From Octopus sinensis (Eukaryota): DNA of 64,000 nucleotides. Where the stretch lies: the NCBI RefSeq assembly GCF_006345805.1, contig NC_043008.1, positions 79,112,001-79,176,000 on the forward strand, given 5' to 3'. The notes under the pieces were generated by a model. The model saw nothing but the letters and a program-made list of their open reading frames with translations. It made no database searches and was not told the origin of the DNA. Both the position numbers and the translations under genes were made by a program. Positions 1-12,669 of this stretch are shown here, piece after piece; position 1 is the stretch's first letter; each line of letters begins with the position of its first letter.

Positions 1-3000
1 ACCAGCCAAATTGACTACATCCTTGCAAGGCAAAGGGAGAGATGGCTGCTTATAAATGCCAAAACCTTCCCAGGTGAAGAATGTACCCCACAACATAGAC
101 TGGTAGTTAGTGACTTTAGGATCAAGACTAGGAGGACAACCAGAAGACGACCAATATGGAGAAGAAGGATCTGGAAGCTTAAAGATCCTGCAAATGGACA
201 GAGATTTAGGGACATATTACTTGAAGCCTCTGACGAAGTAGAAGGGGATAGAGCATCACAGGGGGTAGAAGGCAGCTGGACGTTTCTAAGGGACAACCTG
301 CTGAGAGCCACTGACCAGATCTGTGGCTGGTGCAAAGTCACCTCTCGACCTAGAATAACGTGGTGGTGGAACGATATTGTAGACAGGGCTATTAGAGAAA
401 AGAGACAGGCTTGGAAGGTCTGGAAAAATGGGGATAGCAGGGAATTGTATCAGACTGCCAAAAGAGAAGCTAGGAGACAGGTTTATTTAGCCAGAGGGGA
501 AGCAGATAAGAAAAAATTTGCCAATGTTCTGCGCCGTGAGGACCAAAGACTGGAGGTGTTCCACGTTGCAAGACAGTGTGTGAGACAGAATCGTGATGTG
601 GTAGGAGAGAAGTGTGTTCGCATGGAAGATGGTTCACTTGCGCTAAATGAGGATGCAAAGAGAGAGGTTTGGAGATGCCACTATGAAAGGTTGCTGAATA
701 AAGAAAATGAATGGGATAAAGAGAGTCTGCCGAATGTTGACCCAACAGAGGGACCAGCTATCTGAGTTGATAGTTCCGTGGTAGCTAAGGCAATTAGAAG
801 CATGAAGACAGGGAAAGCCCCAGGCCCATCAGGAATCACTGCAGAGATGCTCAAAATGTCTGGTAGTGTCGGCTATAGCCTAGTCACCAGTATAGTTAAC
901 CAGGTGATACACAAAAGAGTCATACCCAATGACTGGTGTAGCAGCATAATAGTCAACTGCTACAAAGGTAAAGGTGACGCCCTAGATACAAATAACTACA
1001 GAGGTATCAAGCTGTTGGATCAGGTGATGAAGGTTACGGAGAGGGTCTTAGCCCAACTAATTAGAGAGAGAGTTAGTTTAGATGAGATGCAGTTTGGGTT
1101 TGTGCCAGGGAAAAGTACCACTGATGCTATATTCCTGGTAAGGCAGCTGCAGGAGAAATACCTAGCCAAAGATAAGCCCCTGTACCTGGCTTTTGTTGAC
1201 ATGGAGAAAGCCTTCGACAGGGTCCCCCGATCCCTTATCTGGTGGGCAATGAGGAAACTAGGGATAGATGAATGGTTAGTGAGAGCTGTGCGGGCCATGT
1301 ATAGGGACGCTGCTAGTAGGGTGAGGGTTGGAAACGAGTACAGTGAAGAATTCCGGGTAGAGGTTGGAGTCCACCAAGGCTCAGTACTCAGCCCCCTCCT
1401 ATTTATCATAGTCCTCCAGGCAATAACGGAGGAATTCAAGACAGGATGCCCTTGGGAGCTCCTCTATGCTGATGACCTTGCTCTAATTGCTGAGTCGCTA
1501 TCAGAACTGGAGGAGAAGTTTCAGGTGTGGAAACAAGGATTAGAATCGAAGGCCTCAGAGTCAATCTAGCTAAAACCAAGGTCGTAATCAGTAGGAAGGT
1601 AGACAAATCACAAACGCCTTCAGGTAGATGGCCCTGCTCGATCTGTAGAAAAGGTGTAGGTAGAAACTCTATAAGATGCACCAAGTGTAAGCTATGGACA
1701 CATAAGAGGTGCAGCAATGTCAAAGGAAGGCTAACTAGGAAGATGGTTTTTGTATGTGGCAGATGCTCAGGAACAATAAACACTGAAAATGCTCTGAGAC
1801 CAACTTCCGTCACTTTCCAGGGAGAAAAACTAGAAATAGTTGATAGTTTCCGTTACCTAGGTGACCAAGTCAGCAGTGGGGGCGGGTGTGCTGAAAGTGT
1901 AACTGCTAGAGTAAGAATAGCTTGGGCAAAATTCAGAGAGCTCTTACCTCTGCTGGTGACAAAAGGCCTCTCGCACAGAGTGAAAGGCAGACTGTATGAT
2001 GCGTGTGTACGAACAGCCATGCTACATGGCAGTGAAACATGGGCCGTGACTGCTGAGGATATGCGTAAGCTCGCAAGAAATGAAGCCAGTATGCTCCGAT
2101 GGATGTGTAATGTCAGTACTCGTACTCGGCAGAGTGTAAGTACCTTGAGAGAAAAGCTGGACCTAAGAAGCATCAGTTGTGGTGTGCAAGAGAGACGTTT
2201 GCGCTGGTATGGTCATGTGGCGAGAATGGATGTAGATAGTTGTGTGAAAAAGTGCCACACCCTAGCGGTTGAGGGAACCTGTGGAAGAGGCAGACCCAGG
2301 AAAACCTGGGACGAGGTGGTGAAGCACGACCTTCGAACTTTAGGTCTCACTGAGGAAATGACTAGAGACCGAGACCTCTGGAAGTGTGCTGTGCGCGAGA
2401 AGACCCGGCAGGACAAGTGAGTCCATAACCCGTGGCCTTCTACATGGGATGGAGCCAGCCTACGTATGGATACCTTCCCTTCTTGGGACACAAAACTCTA
2501 CTTGTGAAGACCTGTTGAGGCAAGTGAGGATCAGAATCGAAATCGATCAATGGAAATTGCAGATGTGTTACCAGTGCCGGTGGCATGTCGAAACTCTACT
2601 TGTGAAGACCCGTTGAGGCAAGTGAGGATCAGAATCGAAATTGATCAATGGAAATTGCAGATGTGTTACCAGTGCCGGTGGCATGTAAGAGAACCTTCCG
2701 TTTCGCGACCGTTGCCAGCATCGCCCCGTTTCGTGTCTGTTGCCAGCCTCGCCTGGCCCTCGTGCTGGTGGCACATAAAAAGCACCATCCGTTCGTGGCC
2801 GTTTGCCAGCTCTGTCTGGCACCTGTGCGGGTGGCACGTAAAAAGCACCCACTACACTCACGGAGTGGTTGGCGTTAGGAAGGGCATCCAGCCGTAGAAA
2901 CACTGCCAGATTTGACTGGGCCTGATGAAGCCTTCTGGCTTCACAGACCCCAGTAGAACCGTCCAACCCATGCTAGCATGGAAAGCGGACGCTAAATGAT

Positions 3001-3009
3001 GATGATGAT
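1..3009 (+). mobile_element. RTE-clade LINE (PHD-bearing family), 5' end outside window: endonuclease tail, RT, PHD finger, C-terminus, 3'UTR, (GAT)n tail; stop at 763-765 and frameshift near 1555
   Basis: ORF 778-1569 has RT motifs KAPGPSG, YRGIKLL, QFGF, FVDMEKAFDRV, GVHQGSVLSPLLF, LLYADD. ORF 1527-2420 has FRYLG, RTAMLHGSETWA, RLRWYGHV, GRGRPRKTW. It ends gatgatgatgat at 2998-3009. Confidence 0.95.
2493..2686 (+). repeat. 98-bp tandem duplication inside the LINE 3'UTR
   Basis: aaactctacttgtgaagacc...gtggcatgt occurs at 2493-2588 and again at 2591-2686, nearly identical. Confidence 0.9.
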
Positions 3010-3067
3010 ATATATATATATACATACATATAAATATATGTATATATACATACATACATACATATAA

Positions 3068-3098
<31 letters not shown>

Positions 3099-3381
3099 CA
3101 TATAAATATATGTATATATACATACATATAAATATGTATATATACATACATACATACATACATATATATGTATATATACATACATACATACATACATATA
3201 TATATATATATACATACATACATACATATATATATACATACATACATACATACATATATATATACATACATACATACATATATACATACATACATACATA
3301 TATATATACATACATACATACATATATATATATACATACATACATACATATATATATATATACATACATACATACATATAT

Positions 3382-3414
<33 letters not shown>

Positions 3415-3462
3415 TATATACATACATACATACATACATATATATATACATACATATACATA
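3010..3462. repeat. Compound (TA)n/(TACA)n microsatellite
   Basis: Directly visible; it explains the YIYI/VCMY pseudo-ORFs in all frames. Confidence 0.98.
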
Positions 3463-4699
3463 CGAGGGACGTTCAATAAGTAATGCCTCTGACCCACTTG
3501 CAGTTGTTTGATCTAGCATGAAATTTTACTCTATAGAGTAAATGGCAAATTACAGCTCTGAATTAATTGTGGTTTCTGATTTACAGGTGTTTGAACCGAG
3601 TCAAGTGTGAAATGGAGCCTGTTGAGTGTCGAGCAGTGATCCGGTTTTTGTATTTGAAAGGACGCACACCACGGGAGACTTTTGATGAAATGAAAGTAAC
3701 TGATGGTGATGATGCCCCATCATATGACCTTGTAAAACGCTGGCATCGTGAATTCAAACATGGTCGGAACTCTGTGGAAACAGCTCCCAGATCTGGTCGC
3801 CCCTTCTGCCATTGATGAGGCATCTGTCCGTCAAGTTGAGGCTGCCATTTTGGAAGATCGACGCATAATTATTCGCCAAATAGCCCATGAGGTCAAGATT
3901 AGTACCGGGTCTGTGGAAACTATCATTCATGACCATTTGCATATGCAAAAGGTGTCTGCCAGATGGATTCCCAGGTTGCTCAGGATGGATTTCCAGAAGC
4001 AAGAACGCGTCGAGTGCTCGAGGGTGAATTTGGAGATGTGCCAAGAAGACGAGTCAAAATTTTTCAAAAGACTGATTACACAGGATGAAACCTGGGTCCA
4101 TCACGATGATCCAGAGACCAAAGCCCAGTCAATGCAGTGGAAGCACCGTGACTCACCCCCTCCAAAGAAGGCAAGAGTTCAGCCCTCCGCTGGCAAGGTC
4201 ATGCTCACAGTCTTCTGGGACCAGGACAGAGTAATGATGACAGATTTCCTGGCAAAGGGTACCACAATTGCAGGAGCCTATTATGCTTCACTTTTGAGGA
4301 AATTAAGAGAAGTTATCAAAATCAAGAGGCAACGCTCTGGTCCACAACTCGCTTGTCACCAGATCAGAAGCACAGGCGTATGGCTATGAACTCCTCCCCC
4401 ATCCCCCTACTTTCCTGACCTTGCACCCTCTGATTTTCACCTCTTCCCAGTCATGAAGTTGTTTTTGAAAGGAAAGCGTTTCCCAGATGATGCAGCCTTG
4501 ATTTCTGAAGTCACGTTCAGGTTGGAGGACAAAGCTGGGGTCTTCTACAAAAACGGTCTCCAGAGCTGCATCAAACAATGGGAGAAGTGCGTAACTCCGG
4601 GTGGTTGCTATGTAGAAAAAGACTAATAACTGTGCCAAGTTTCGTTGCTCTACTGCTATGGGAAGTGGGTCAGGGGCATTATTTATTGAACGCCCCTCG
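3463..4699 (+). mobile_element. Full-length mariner (Tc1/mariner) element with defective transposase
   Basis: About 37-bp TIRs (cgagggacgttcaataagtaatgcctctgacccactt vs reverse complement of the right end, 3 mismatches), with TA on both sides (3461-3462, 4700-4701). Transposase runs from ATG 3612 (MEPVECRAVIRFLYLKG...RSGRP) through WIPRLL, ITQDETWVHH and PYFPDLAPSDFHLF to the stop near 4626. It has a frameshift near 3805 and a deletion near 4330. Confidence 0.95.
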
Positions 4700-4701
4700 T
4701 A

Positions 4702-5013
4702 TATCACCGTGATCACCATGACCGACCAGACTATCAGATGTTGCTGCATAAAACTGGTCACAATGCGCTTTGCATTGTTTTAGCCTTCAAATGACGCCAC
4801 CCTGCTGGCAAAGCGAGCAGGCCAACAGAAGAAAAAGTGAGAGAAAGTTGTGGTGAAAGAGTACAGCGGGGATTGCTACCAACCCCTGCCGGAGCCGAGT
4901 GGACGTTTGGGTGTTTTTGCTCAATAAACACGCACAACGCCCGGTCTGGGAATCGAAACCGCGATCCTGTGACCACGAGTCCGCTGCCATAGCCACTGGG
5001 CAATTGCCCCTCC
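4702..5013 (-). mobile_element. tRNA-derived SINE
   Basis: Minus strand shows an A-box-like TGCCCAGTGG (4993-5002) and a B-box GGTTTCGATTCCC (4948-4960), followed by a SINE-core-like tgtttattgagcaaaaacacc. Confidence 0.75.
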
Positions 5014-5453
5014 ACACATACATAGATATATGTATATGTATATATATCTCTATATATAAAACTGAAATGCGTTTTTACCGCTTGGATCGCTTTCAATGCC
5101 ACTACATCCCGTCCGATTCGCTCCAAAATTTACAGGGACATGTAGAATGAGGTGACGATGCTCGTGGGCTATCTTAGAAATCCCTATCTTAAAAGGTGTG
5201 GTTGCTAGGGGCCATCTTCCTCACTCACCCTATTTCCTCCAGTACCCTCTCACTCCTCTTCATCTGACAATGCCACTACCGTTATTTAATGTCAAGTCTT
5301 CCTCAAATCACTCTCTCGCTATTTCCTCTCTTCCAAGAACATTTTCACTCACTCTATCTCTTACCTTCCTATACATTTTACTCATGTATCTATCTGCGTT
5401 CATAGACAGTAACAAATATTACATCGCCATCGCATTCTATTGTCTACCTGTCA

Positions 5454-5490
<37 letters not shown>

Positions 5491-5844
5491 CATATATCTA
5501 ATATTATATTTTTATGTTTTTGTTTTTTTACTGTTTCATTTCCCTATTAGTGGTTTGATCTCTAATTTAATTTCTACAGCGTGCACACACACACACAAAC
5601 ACACACCTATATGTGGCCCCAGTAGACCCGAATGAAATCGGGTTCTCTTCATCAAAATGTGAAAAGGGGTCTAGAATTATCATCGCCACAACTTATGTTT
5701 TTCCTAATGATAATTATCATCGCCAACACACAATCATGACAATCTTTCTCTTAAAACAAATCATGTTTACATTGCAAAATATTTCATTTTCCCGTCCTCT
5801 CTTTCATATATGTGACCCAGGTTTGGGTGGCAACGGCTAAAAAC

Positions 5845-8232
5845 ATTCGATGTTGATAATGCCTGGATCGTTCCATTCAACCCTTTGCTTTCCAAAGCAT
5901 TTAATGCACACATTAATGTTGAGTACTGCAGTTCGGTGAGATGCATACAATACCTCTGCAAGTACATTAATAAGGGCGATGATATGGCCGTGTTTGTGTT
6001 CAGTGATGAAGACCTTAGACATGACGAAATTAAACAATTCGTTTTGGGTAGGTATGTATCCTCCAATTATGCAGCGTGGCACATTTTTGGATACGAGATT
6101 CATCTAAGCTCACCATCAGTTTTCCAGCTGAATGTTCATTTACAGAAGAGAAAGCTGGTTTATTTCACAGAGAAAAATGCACGTCAAGTCATTGAAAATC
6201 CAAAAGGGACTACGCTTACAGCAGTTTTTAAATTGTGTTCAGTCGATGAGTTTGCTGCTACTCTCATTTACCCTGAAGTACCGGAATATTACACATACAA
6301 CAACAATAATTGGAAGCGCAGGTCACATGGAACAGAACTTGACAATTGGCCTGGTGTTTCTAGGAAGAACATCATTGGGCGTGTGTATAATATTCATCCT
6401 ACCAAACAGGAAATCTTTTTGAGAATGCTACTTCATGTAGTTACTGGACCGAAGTCTTTTGCTGATCTTCGCATGGTTGATGGTATCATCTGCGCCACTT
6501 ACAGGGAAGCATGTTTGAGGCGCGGACTTCTTCTCAATGACGACCACTTACACAGGACATTAGCAGAGGCCTCAAATTGTAAACTGCCGTGGCAAATGCG
6601 TCGATTGTTTCGTAGCATATTAATCCACTGTAATCCCAGCAACCCTCTTAACCTTTGGGAATTGTTCAGACAGAGCCTATCAAAGGACATACAGGCTAAT
6701 TCAGCGCTACGTGATGGCAACAACGATATTTATAATGAGGCATTAATCGACATGGACAGACACATAAGACGCTATGTTATATGCGGTTTAAGTGAATTCC
6801 ATCTGCCAACACCTGTCCATCATGAAGCGCCTTTGGATGTTGAATACATGTCAGAAAAAAACTGCAACATTGCCGAATTGACGGAAACAATTACGCGAGA
6901 TGAACCAAGACTTTTGCCTGAACAAAGAGAGATTTATAATGAAATTATTGACAGCGTTAGATTGAACCAAGGAAAGCTTTTCTTTTTGAATGCTCCAGGT
7001 GGTACTGGTAAAACTTTCGTTATCAATTTGATTCTCGCAAAGCTGCGCGCTGAACATCGAATTGCCATTGAATGTGCCTCAAGTGGTATTGCAGCGACAC
7101 TGCTTCAAGGCGGCCGTACGGCACATAGTGCATTCAAATTGCCCATGGACATTGGAAAGAAAGATAATCCTATATGTAATATAGATCGTAGTTCCTCAAG
7201 AGCAAGACTTCTTCGTGAATGCAGTCTTTTTATTTGGGATAAGGCTACAATGAGTAATAAGGCCATGTTTGAGGCTCTTGACAGAACTCTCTAAGATTTG
7301 CGTCACAATACAAAACTCATCCTGTTGTCCGAGCAGGCACTAGAGCCGATGAGGTTAATGCATGTATAAAGCATTCTTATGTGTGGCACAGTGTTATCAG
7401 TCGCCATCTTCAAACAAACATGAGAGTCCACCTACATGGTGATGTGGAGTCTGAGGCTTTCGCAAAACACCTATTAGATCTTGGTGATGGAGTTTTGCCT
7501 TTCGTTGATGATGAGCATATTCGGTTGCCTTTTGGGAATTTCGTTCCAAATGTAGAAGAACTTATAAGAGCCGTTTTACCTGACGTCGAAACCAACTTCC
7601 AGGATCTCAATTGGCTAAGAGCAAGAGCTATTCTATCGCCTCATAATACAACAGCTCATGCTACAAATAAACAAGTACTTGATATGAATCCTGGTGAGAT
7701 AGTTTCTTTCATGTCCATCGATACAAATAAAGATGAGAATGATGCAGTCAAATATCCACCCGAGCTACTCAACAAGCTAACACCTCCGGGACTTCCACCT
7801 CATCATTTGTGTTTGAAAGTTGGTGCTCCAATCATGGTGCTCAGAAATATGGAAACGCCTGAAATATGCAATGGAACCCGAATGGTTATTAGGAGGATTC
7901 AAAGCCATGTTATAACTGCTGAAATTTTGAGTGGACCATTTGTAGGAACAATCAAAATGATACATAAAATGAGTATTTCACCCTCTGATGTTCCTATTCA
8001 GTTTAAACGCTTTCAATTTCCGATAAAACTATGCTTCACGATGACAATCAACAAGTCACAGGGACAATCACTGGACATTGTAGGCATTAACCTGTCACAA
8101 CCGGTTTTCAGTCATGGTCAATTGTACGTAGCCTGTTCTCGAGTTGGAAATCCACATAAACTCTTCATTCTTGGCAATCATGAGCGCACAAGGAACGTGG
8201 TTTATCAGGAGGCTCTGACAAAAGAAAACTGA
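5845..8232 (+). mobile_element. Helitron Rep/helicase relic (5'-truncated, internal deletion)
   Basis: Rep motif DNAWIVPFNPLLSKAFNAHINVEYC...YLCKYINKG. PIF1-like helicase motifs APGGTGKT, SSGIAATLLQGGRTAHS, LKVGAPIMVLRN, TINKSQGQSL, FSHGQLYVACSRV. Stop at 7292-7294; the GDFRQ motif is missing at the junction near 7320. Confidence 0.95.
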
Positions 8233-9360
8233 TTTTAAGTCATGAAATTTTGCTTGATTTTTTATTTTTCACCTCTTCATTATCTCTTCATTCTTGAAAA
8301 TAAAGACATTAAAAAGAACATGGTTCATAAAGAACATTGGGTTCAGATGTTTGCAAACATTTGATCCAACTCATTCTCTTTATTCCTCATTTTCCGATTC
8401 CTTCTACGTCTCCATTAAACGGTTTTGTCAAGTTATTGTTTCTTCGCTAACATAAGACATTCATAAAGTGAATGAGTTGTTAATTACATTTTATACACTA
8501 TTCCATTGTTTAGGTGGTGTCGAAAGGACTGGCATGTGTCACCATATAAACTCTCTCAGTCAAACTCCCAACTCATGAGTTCACATCGTGATACTCTTTC
8601 TACAAAACTGAGCTGGGTGTGAATTCTAATTTCATTCACTATTACAGATTTTTTAATTTTTGAAACAAACACATTGCCTCTTTCGGTTGTTCCAGACTAC
8701 TGTAAGGTTCTGAGAGGGAAGAACAAATGAAAAGAAACAATAAAGATTTTCTAATTATAGAAATGGGGTAAAGGGGATTTCAGAGCTCCATATAAGGAAT
8801 TTATGTAGAAGACAGCATTGTCACTACTAAATGCCAATTACTACTATTTGATGAACAGATTCTGCATTAGGAGAACTAGGTCAATGTCAAGTGGTCACAA
8901 TAACATTCACAGATAATGCAGAGACCTTACAAACCCTATGCACATCATCACAACAGTTGGTCAATAAGTTCCAAGTACTTTGACACGTTAGAATAAAGGA
9001 AAAAATATAAATCTAAAATTTATTCAATTTGGAGAAAAAGACTATCACTTATTATGAGTAGGCATAGTATTTATTAACTGGGGGAAAAGCTTTATTAATC
9101 AAGTGAACCTATTATGGGTCAAAATATATAGTAAGAAAGATGGAAGAGGGAAAATCAAAGAAAGAAGATATTCATAGATTTAGTAGAATGTGATATTCTA
9201 TAATATGAGGGGAGGTGATTTAGAAGAGTAAATTATTCAAATTTCATGGATAGTGAGTTGATATTAATGAATTAAAAAATAGGATCTATTGGGAATAAAA
9301 ATTACTACCTGCGGATAAAAGCTAATTAGTTAGCTAAAAATATCTGAGGTTAATAATATA

Positions 9361-9768
9361 TTAAGAAATGAGAGTGAGATAATCAGGATGAACGAAATAG
9401 TTACCCTAGGGACATAGGAATAATACTACTTAGTATTGGAGAACATTATAAAAAGAAGAATTTAATTCCAAGTTTATAATGAAGTTTTTTAATCATTTAT
9501 GATTGTTAAACTAAAACCAGTATGGTATATTCATTCCTATTTGGTTAAATATATGTTTTGTAAGGATATCTTAGACTAATTATGTATTAAGAAATGGAAG
9601 TGAGATAATCAAGGTGAACCGAATAGTTTCTTTAGAGACATAGGATTTATACTATTTAGTATTCCTACTATTTGGGATTAATACTATTTAGGATTCCAAC
9701 TATTTAGATTCATACAGTTTAATTTTAGAAAAAAGAATTCAATTTTAAGTTTGCAGTGAAGTTTTTAG
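9361..9768. repeat. Degenerate direct repeat pair (about 9361-9492 and 9588-9768)
   Basis: ttaagaaatg...gtgagataatca...gacatagga...tagtatt...gaagtttttt occurs twice with divergence. Confidence 0.7.
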
Positions 9769-9929
9769 TCATCGGCTCAGCAAAATTTTACCCCATTGGG
9801 GGTAAAATTGCATTTTTGAACTTTACAATTGCTAAAATTTTACAAACTTTTTTGAACAAAATGGCTATGAAGAGACCAGTCGGCTGTTCCCTCCTACCAT
9901 CAATACCCCCTCCGCAAACACACATGGTT

Positions 9930-12300
9930 CCAAACCGCCCACTTCACTGTAACTTTGTTTCTGGCTTTGTTCTCGGCACTTCTCTTGTATCTGCCGTACT
10001 GCAAAGACCATGTCTATAACCTCCTGTTGTTCCTAAATCCACACTGGCTCTCTGAGACCACGTTGTCCAACAGGTGGTGCTTAATGCAGTTCAGAAAAAC
10101 ATGGGCCATGATCTTTCCTGCGATGCTCAGCAATGAGATGCCTCTGTTTTTGTCACATGAAGCTCTGTCCCCCTTGTTCTTGTACAGATGCAAGATGTTG
10201 GCATCTTTAAAGTCCTGCAACACTGACCTTCCATCACAGAACTGCTGTATCAGCTCAATCAACTAGATGGCAACAGCTTCACCTCCCTCTTTATATATCT
10301 CTGGGGGTATTCCATCAGGACCAGGCGCTTTCCCCATATGTAGTTGCTTGATGGCCTTCTGGATTTCTGCCAGTGCTGGGGGGGGGGTCATCAAGCAACA
10401 CCAGGACTGGGCGCTGTGGCATGTCTTGAATGGCCTGCTAGTCAATCTGGGAAGGTCTGTTTAGCAGCTGACTGAAGTGTTCACGCCAGTGCTGTATGAT
10501 GTCACTCTTCTCAGTAAACAGGGTTCCATCAGCAGAGTGCACAGGTGCCATACACGTCTTTCAGCCCAGCAAAGAACTTCTTGGAGTTGTGTGCATTTGC
10601 ATACTGCTGTAGTGCTGCAGCCTTGTTTTCCCACCACTTGTCTTTCACCTGTCACAGCTCCTTTCCTCTGATGTTCTCGAGGCGGCTGTGTTTCTTTCTT
10701 CTCCTGGAGGAGGGTGGTGATCTCCTTGTTGTCAAACCAGTTTTGGTGTTTTTGTTTTGTGTGGCCAAGGGTAAGGCTGGCAGAGCCATACACTGCATCC
10801 CAGAAGTTGGCCCAGGCCTTCTCAAGGTTTCCCTCTACTGGCAGATGTTCAAGCTGATTCGCAAGGTTGGCAATGAGGGTCTCTTTTGTTTTTGGTACAT
10901 TGAGTTTTTGGACGTCTTGTTTCTTTTTAACATCTGGCGTCTGTGTCTGCTGACGATGGAAAAGGACAGTCTGCACCTCAACAGCAGGTGATCTGTCCAG
11001 CAGTCAGCACCCCTCATTGCCCTAGTGATGCAAACATCTTGGATGTCACGGTGCCTGGTGATCACATAGTCAATCAGGTGCCAGTGCTTGGATCTTGGGT
11101 GCATCCAGGTAGCCTTGTAGATGTCAGGCAGTTGGTACAGGGTATTGGTGATGGTGAGTCTCTGTTCAGCACAGAAGGTGAGTAGCAGTTGACCGTTAGT
11201 ATTCTCATGTCTAATGCCATGTGGCCTGATAACATCTGGCCAAGACTGGGCATCTCTGCCTACATGGGCACTGAAGTCACCAAATATCAGCAACTTGTCT
11301 TTAGGAACTGACCGTAACACTTTGGTGAGGTTCTGATAGAACATCTCTCTCTGCTTCAGAGTGTAAGGGGGGGGGGGCGTAAGCACTGATGAGTGTCAGG
11401 TGAATCTTGCCTTGGAGAGGAATTCTCATCACCATCAGGCAGTCGCTGATCCCTCTTAGGAGGGACTCCAGATTCTTGATGAGGGCAGTGCAAATGGCAA
11501 AGCCAACTTCTACTTCCCTGCGTTCATCTGGTGCCTTCCTCGACCAAAAGAAAGTGTATCCAGCTCCAGCCTTTGTGATCTCCTCCATGTCGCCAAGGCG
11601 TGTCTCACTGAGGGCAGCAACATCAATGCAGTTCATAACCTACAAGTGCTGTTCAACGTTCTGGTCTGTCAAAGTTTTGGTTGTCCATGATTTTCCTGAT
11701 GTTCCAGGCTCCAACACAGAAAGTGCTTTTCCAGCAGGTGGATTTTGGGTTCTTCATTCATATTTCTTTCATGTTTCGACCGCGTGGTAGATGACCAGTC
11801 AGCTGCAGTATGCTGACAGGATGAGATGAGGCAAGCTTTCTTTTGGTCACCTTTTCTAGACCCTTTTCTCTAAGGGGGTGAGCAGTGCTATCCCTAAAGA
11901 GGGCTGCTCCATCGTCAGAGTGGCTGCCAGACTATGCCCTTGCCCCGGTAAGCTGCAGAATGACAATCCTGCCCTGACCAACCGAGTGCAGGTCCATGGC
12001 TAGCAGATCCCAGCGCCATCCTGCACCTGCCACTGTCACCAATCACCCATCGCCTCAGGACTTGGACGAAGAAGTAGAGGGTTGGAGTCACTGAATCCTG
12101 GGCAAGAGAACCTTGGAGGCCTTGGGTTGCCCAAGCCCAGGACACCCCTCTCGGTCCAGCTGATCTAACCAGGAGGGATGTAGAACGACACGCCCTAGCC
12201 ACGACTGGACTGCAGGCACTGCTGGAGAGATGACAGACATCATGACCTAACTACCTTAGGGGCTCCACTCCAGATTTGGATACAGTTTATTCCCTAGCCT
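9930..12300 (-). mobile_element. BovB-like RTE LINE relic (5'UTR, endonuclease, N-half of RT)
   Basis: Broken ORFs give IDVAALSETRL, TWMHPRSKHWHLIDYVIT, KAPGPDGIPPEIYKEGG, KNKGDRASCDKNRGISLLSIAGK, ESQCGFR. Confidence 0.9.
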
Positions 12301-12669
12301 TTGATTAACCAAAAAAGCCTACCTGCAAGGCAGCGGGAGACTCTTGGAGGGTGGGGACATCTCACTACCCATACAGGACCAGAAAGACCTGCCCACTGCC
12401 CATACAATATATACAATTTTAAAACAAAAAATTAAAAAAAAGAACACACTATATACAATACACACACACAGAGTCCAAAATTCAACATACACAACACACT
12501 CTACAAACACACATCATTGAATGGCCATTGACTACGTTGTAGTTCCTCCATCCTTTGACAGATCTTATTTTTTGTCCCACAGGGTGTTCAACAAGCACCC
12601 ACCTCACCAAGCAAGCCTGATGAGGTTGCCAGTTTAGTTGCTGACGACCCAACCAAGAAACAGGTTGTA

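Noticed and set aside
2858-3519. Long ORFs of YIYI/VCMY repeats (also at 50061-51106 and 54093-54395)
   Set aside because: Translations of TA/TACA microsatellites, not genes.
9784-9809. 11-bp-arm hairpin as the possible Helitron 3' terminator
   Set aside because: No CTRR end follows, and it is 1.5 kb from the ORF end.
11790-12300. Possible HDV-like ribozyme in the BovB-like 5'UTR
   Set aside because: Known for some RTEs, but I could not fold a nested double pseudoknot by eye; it needs a covariance-model search.
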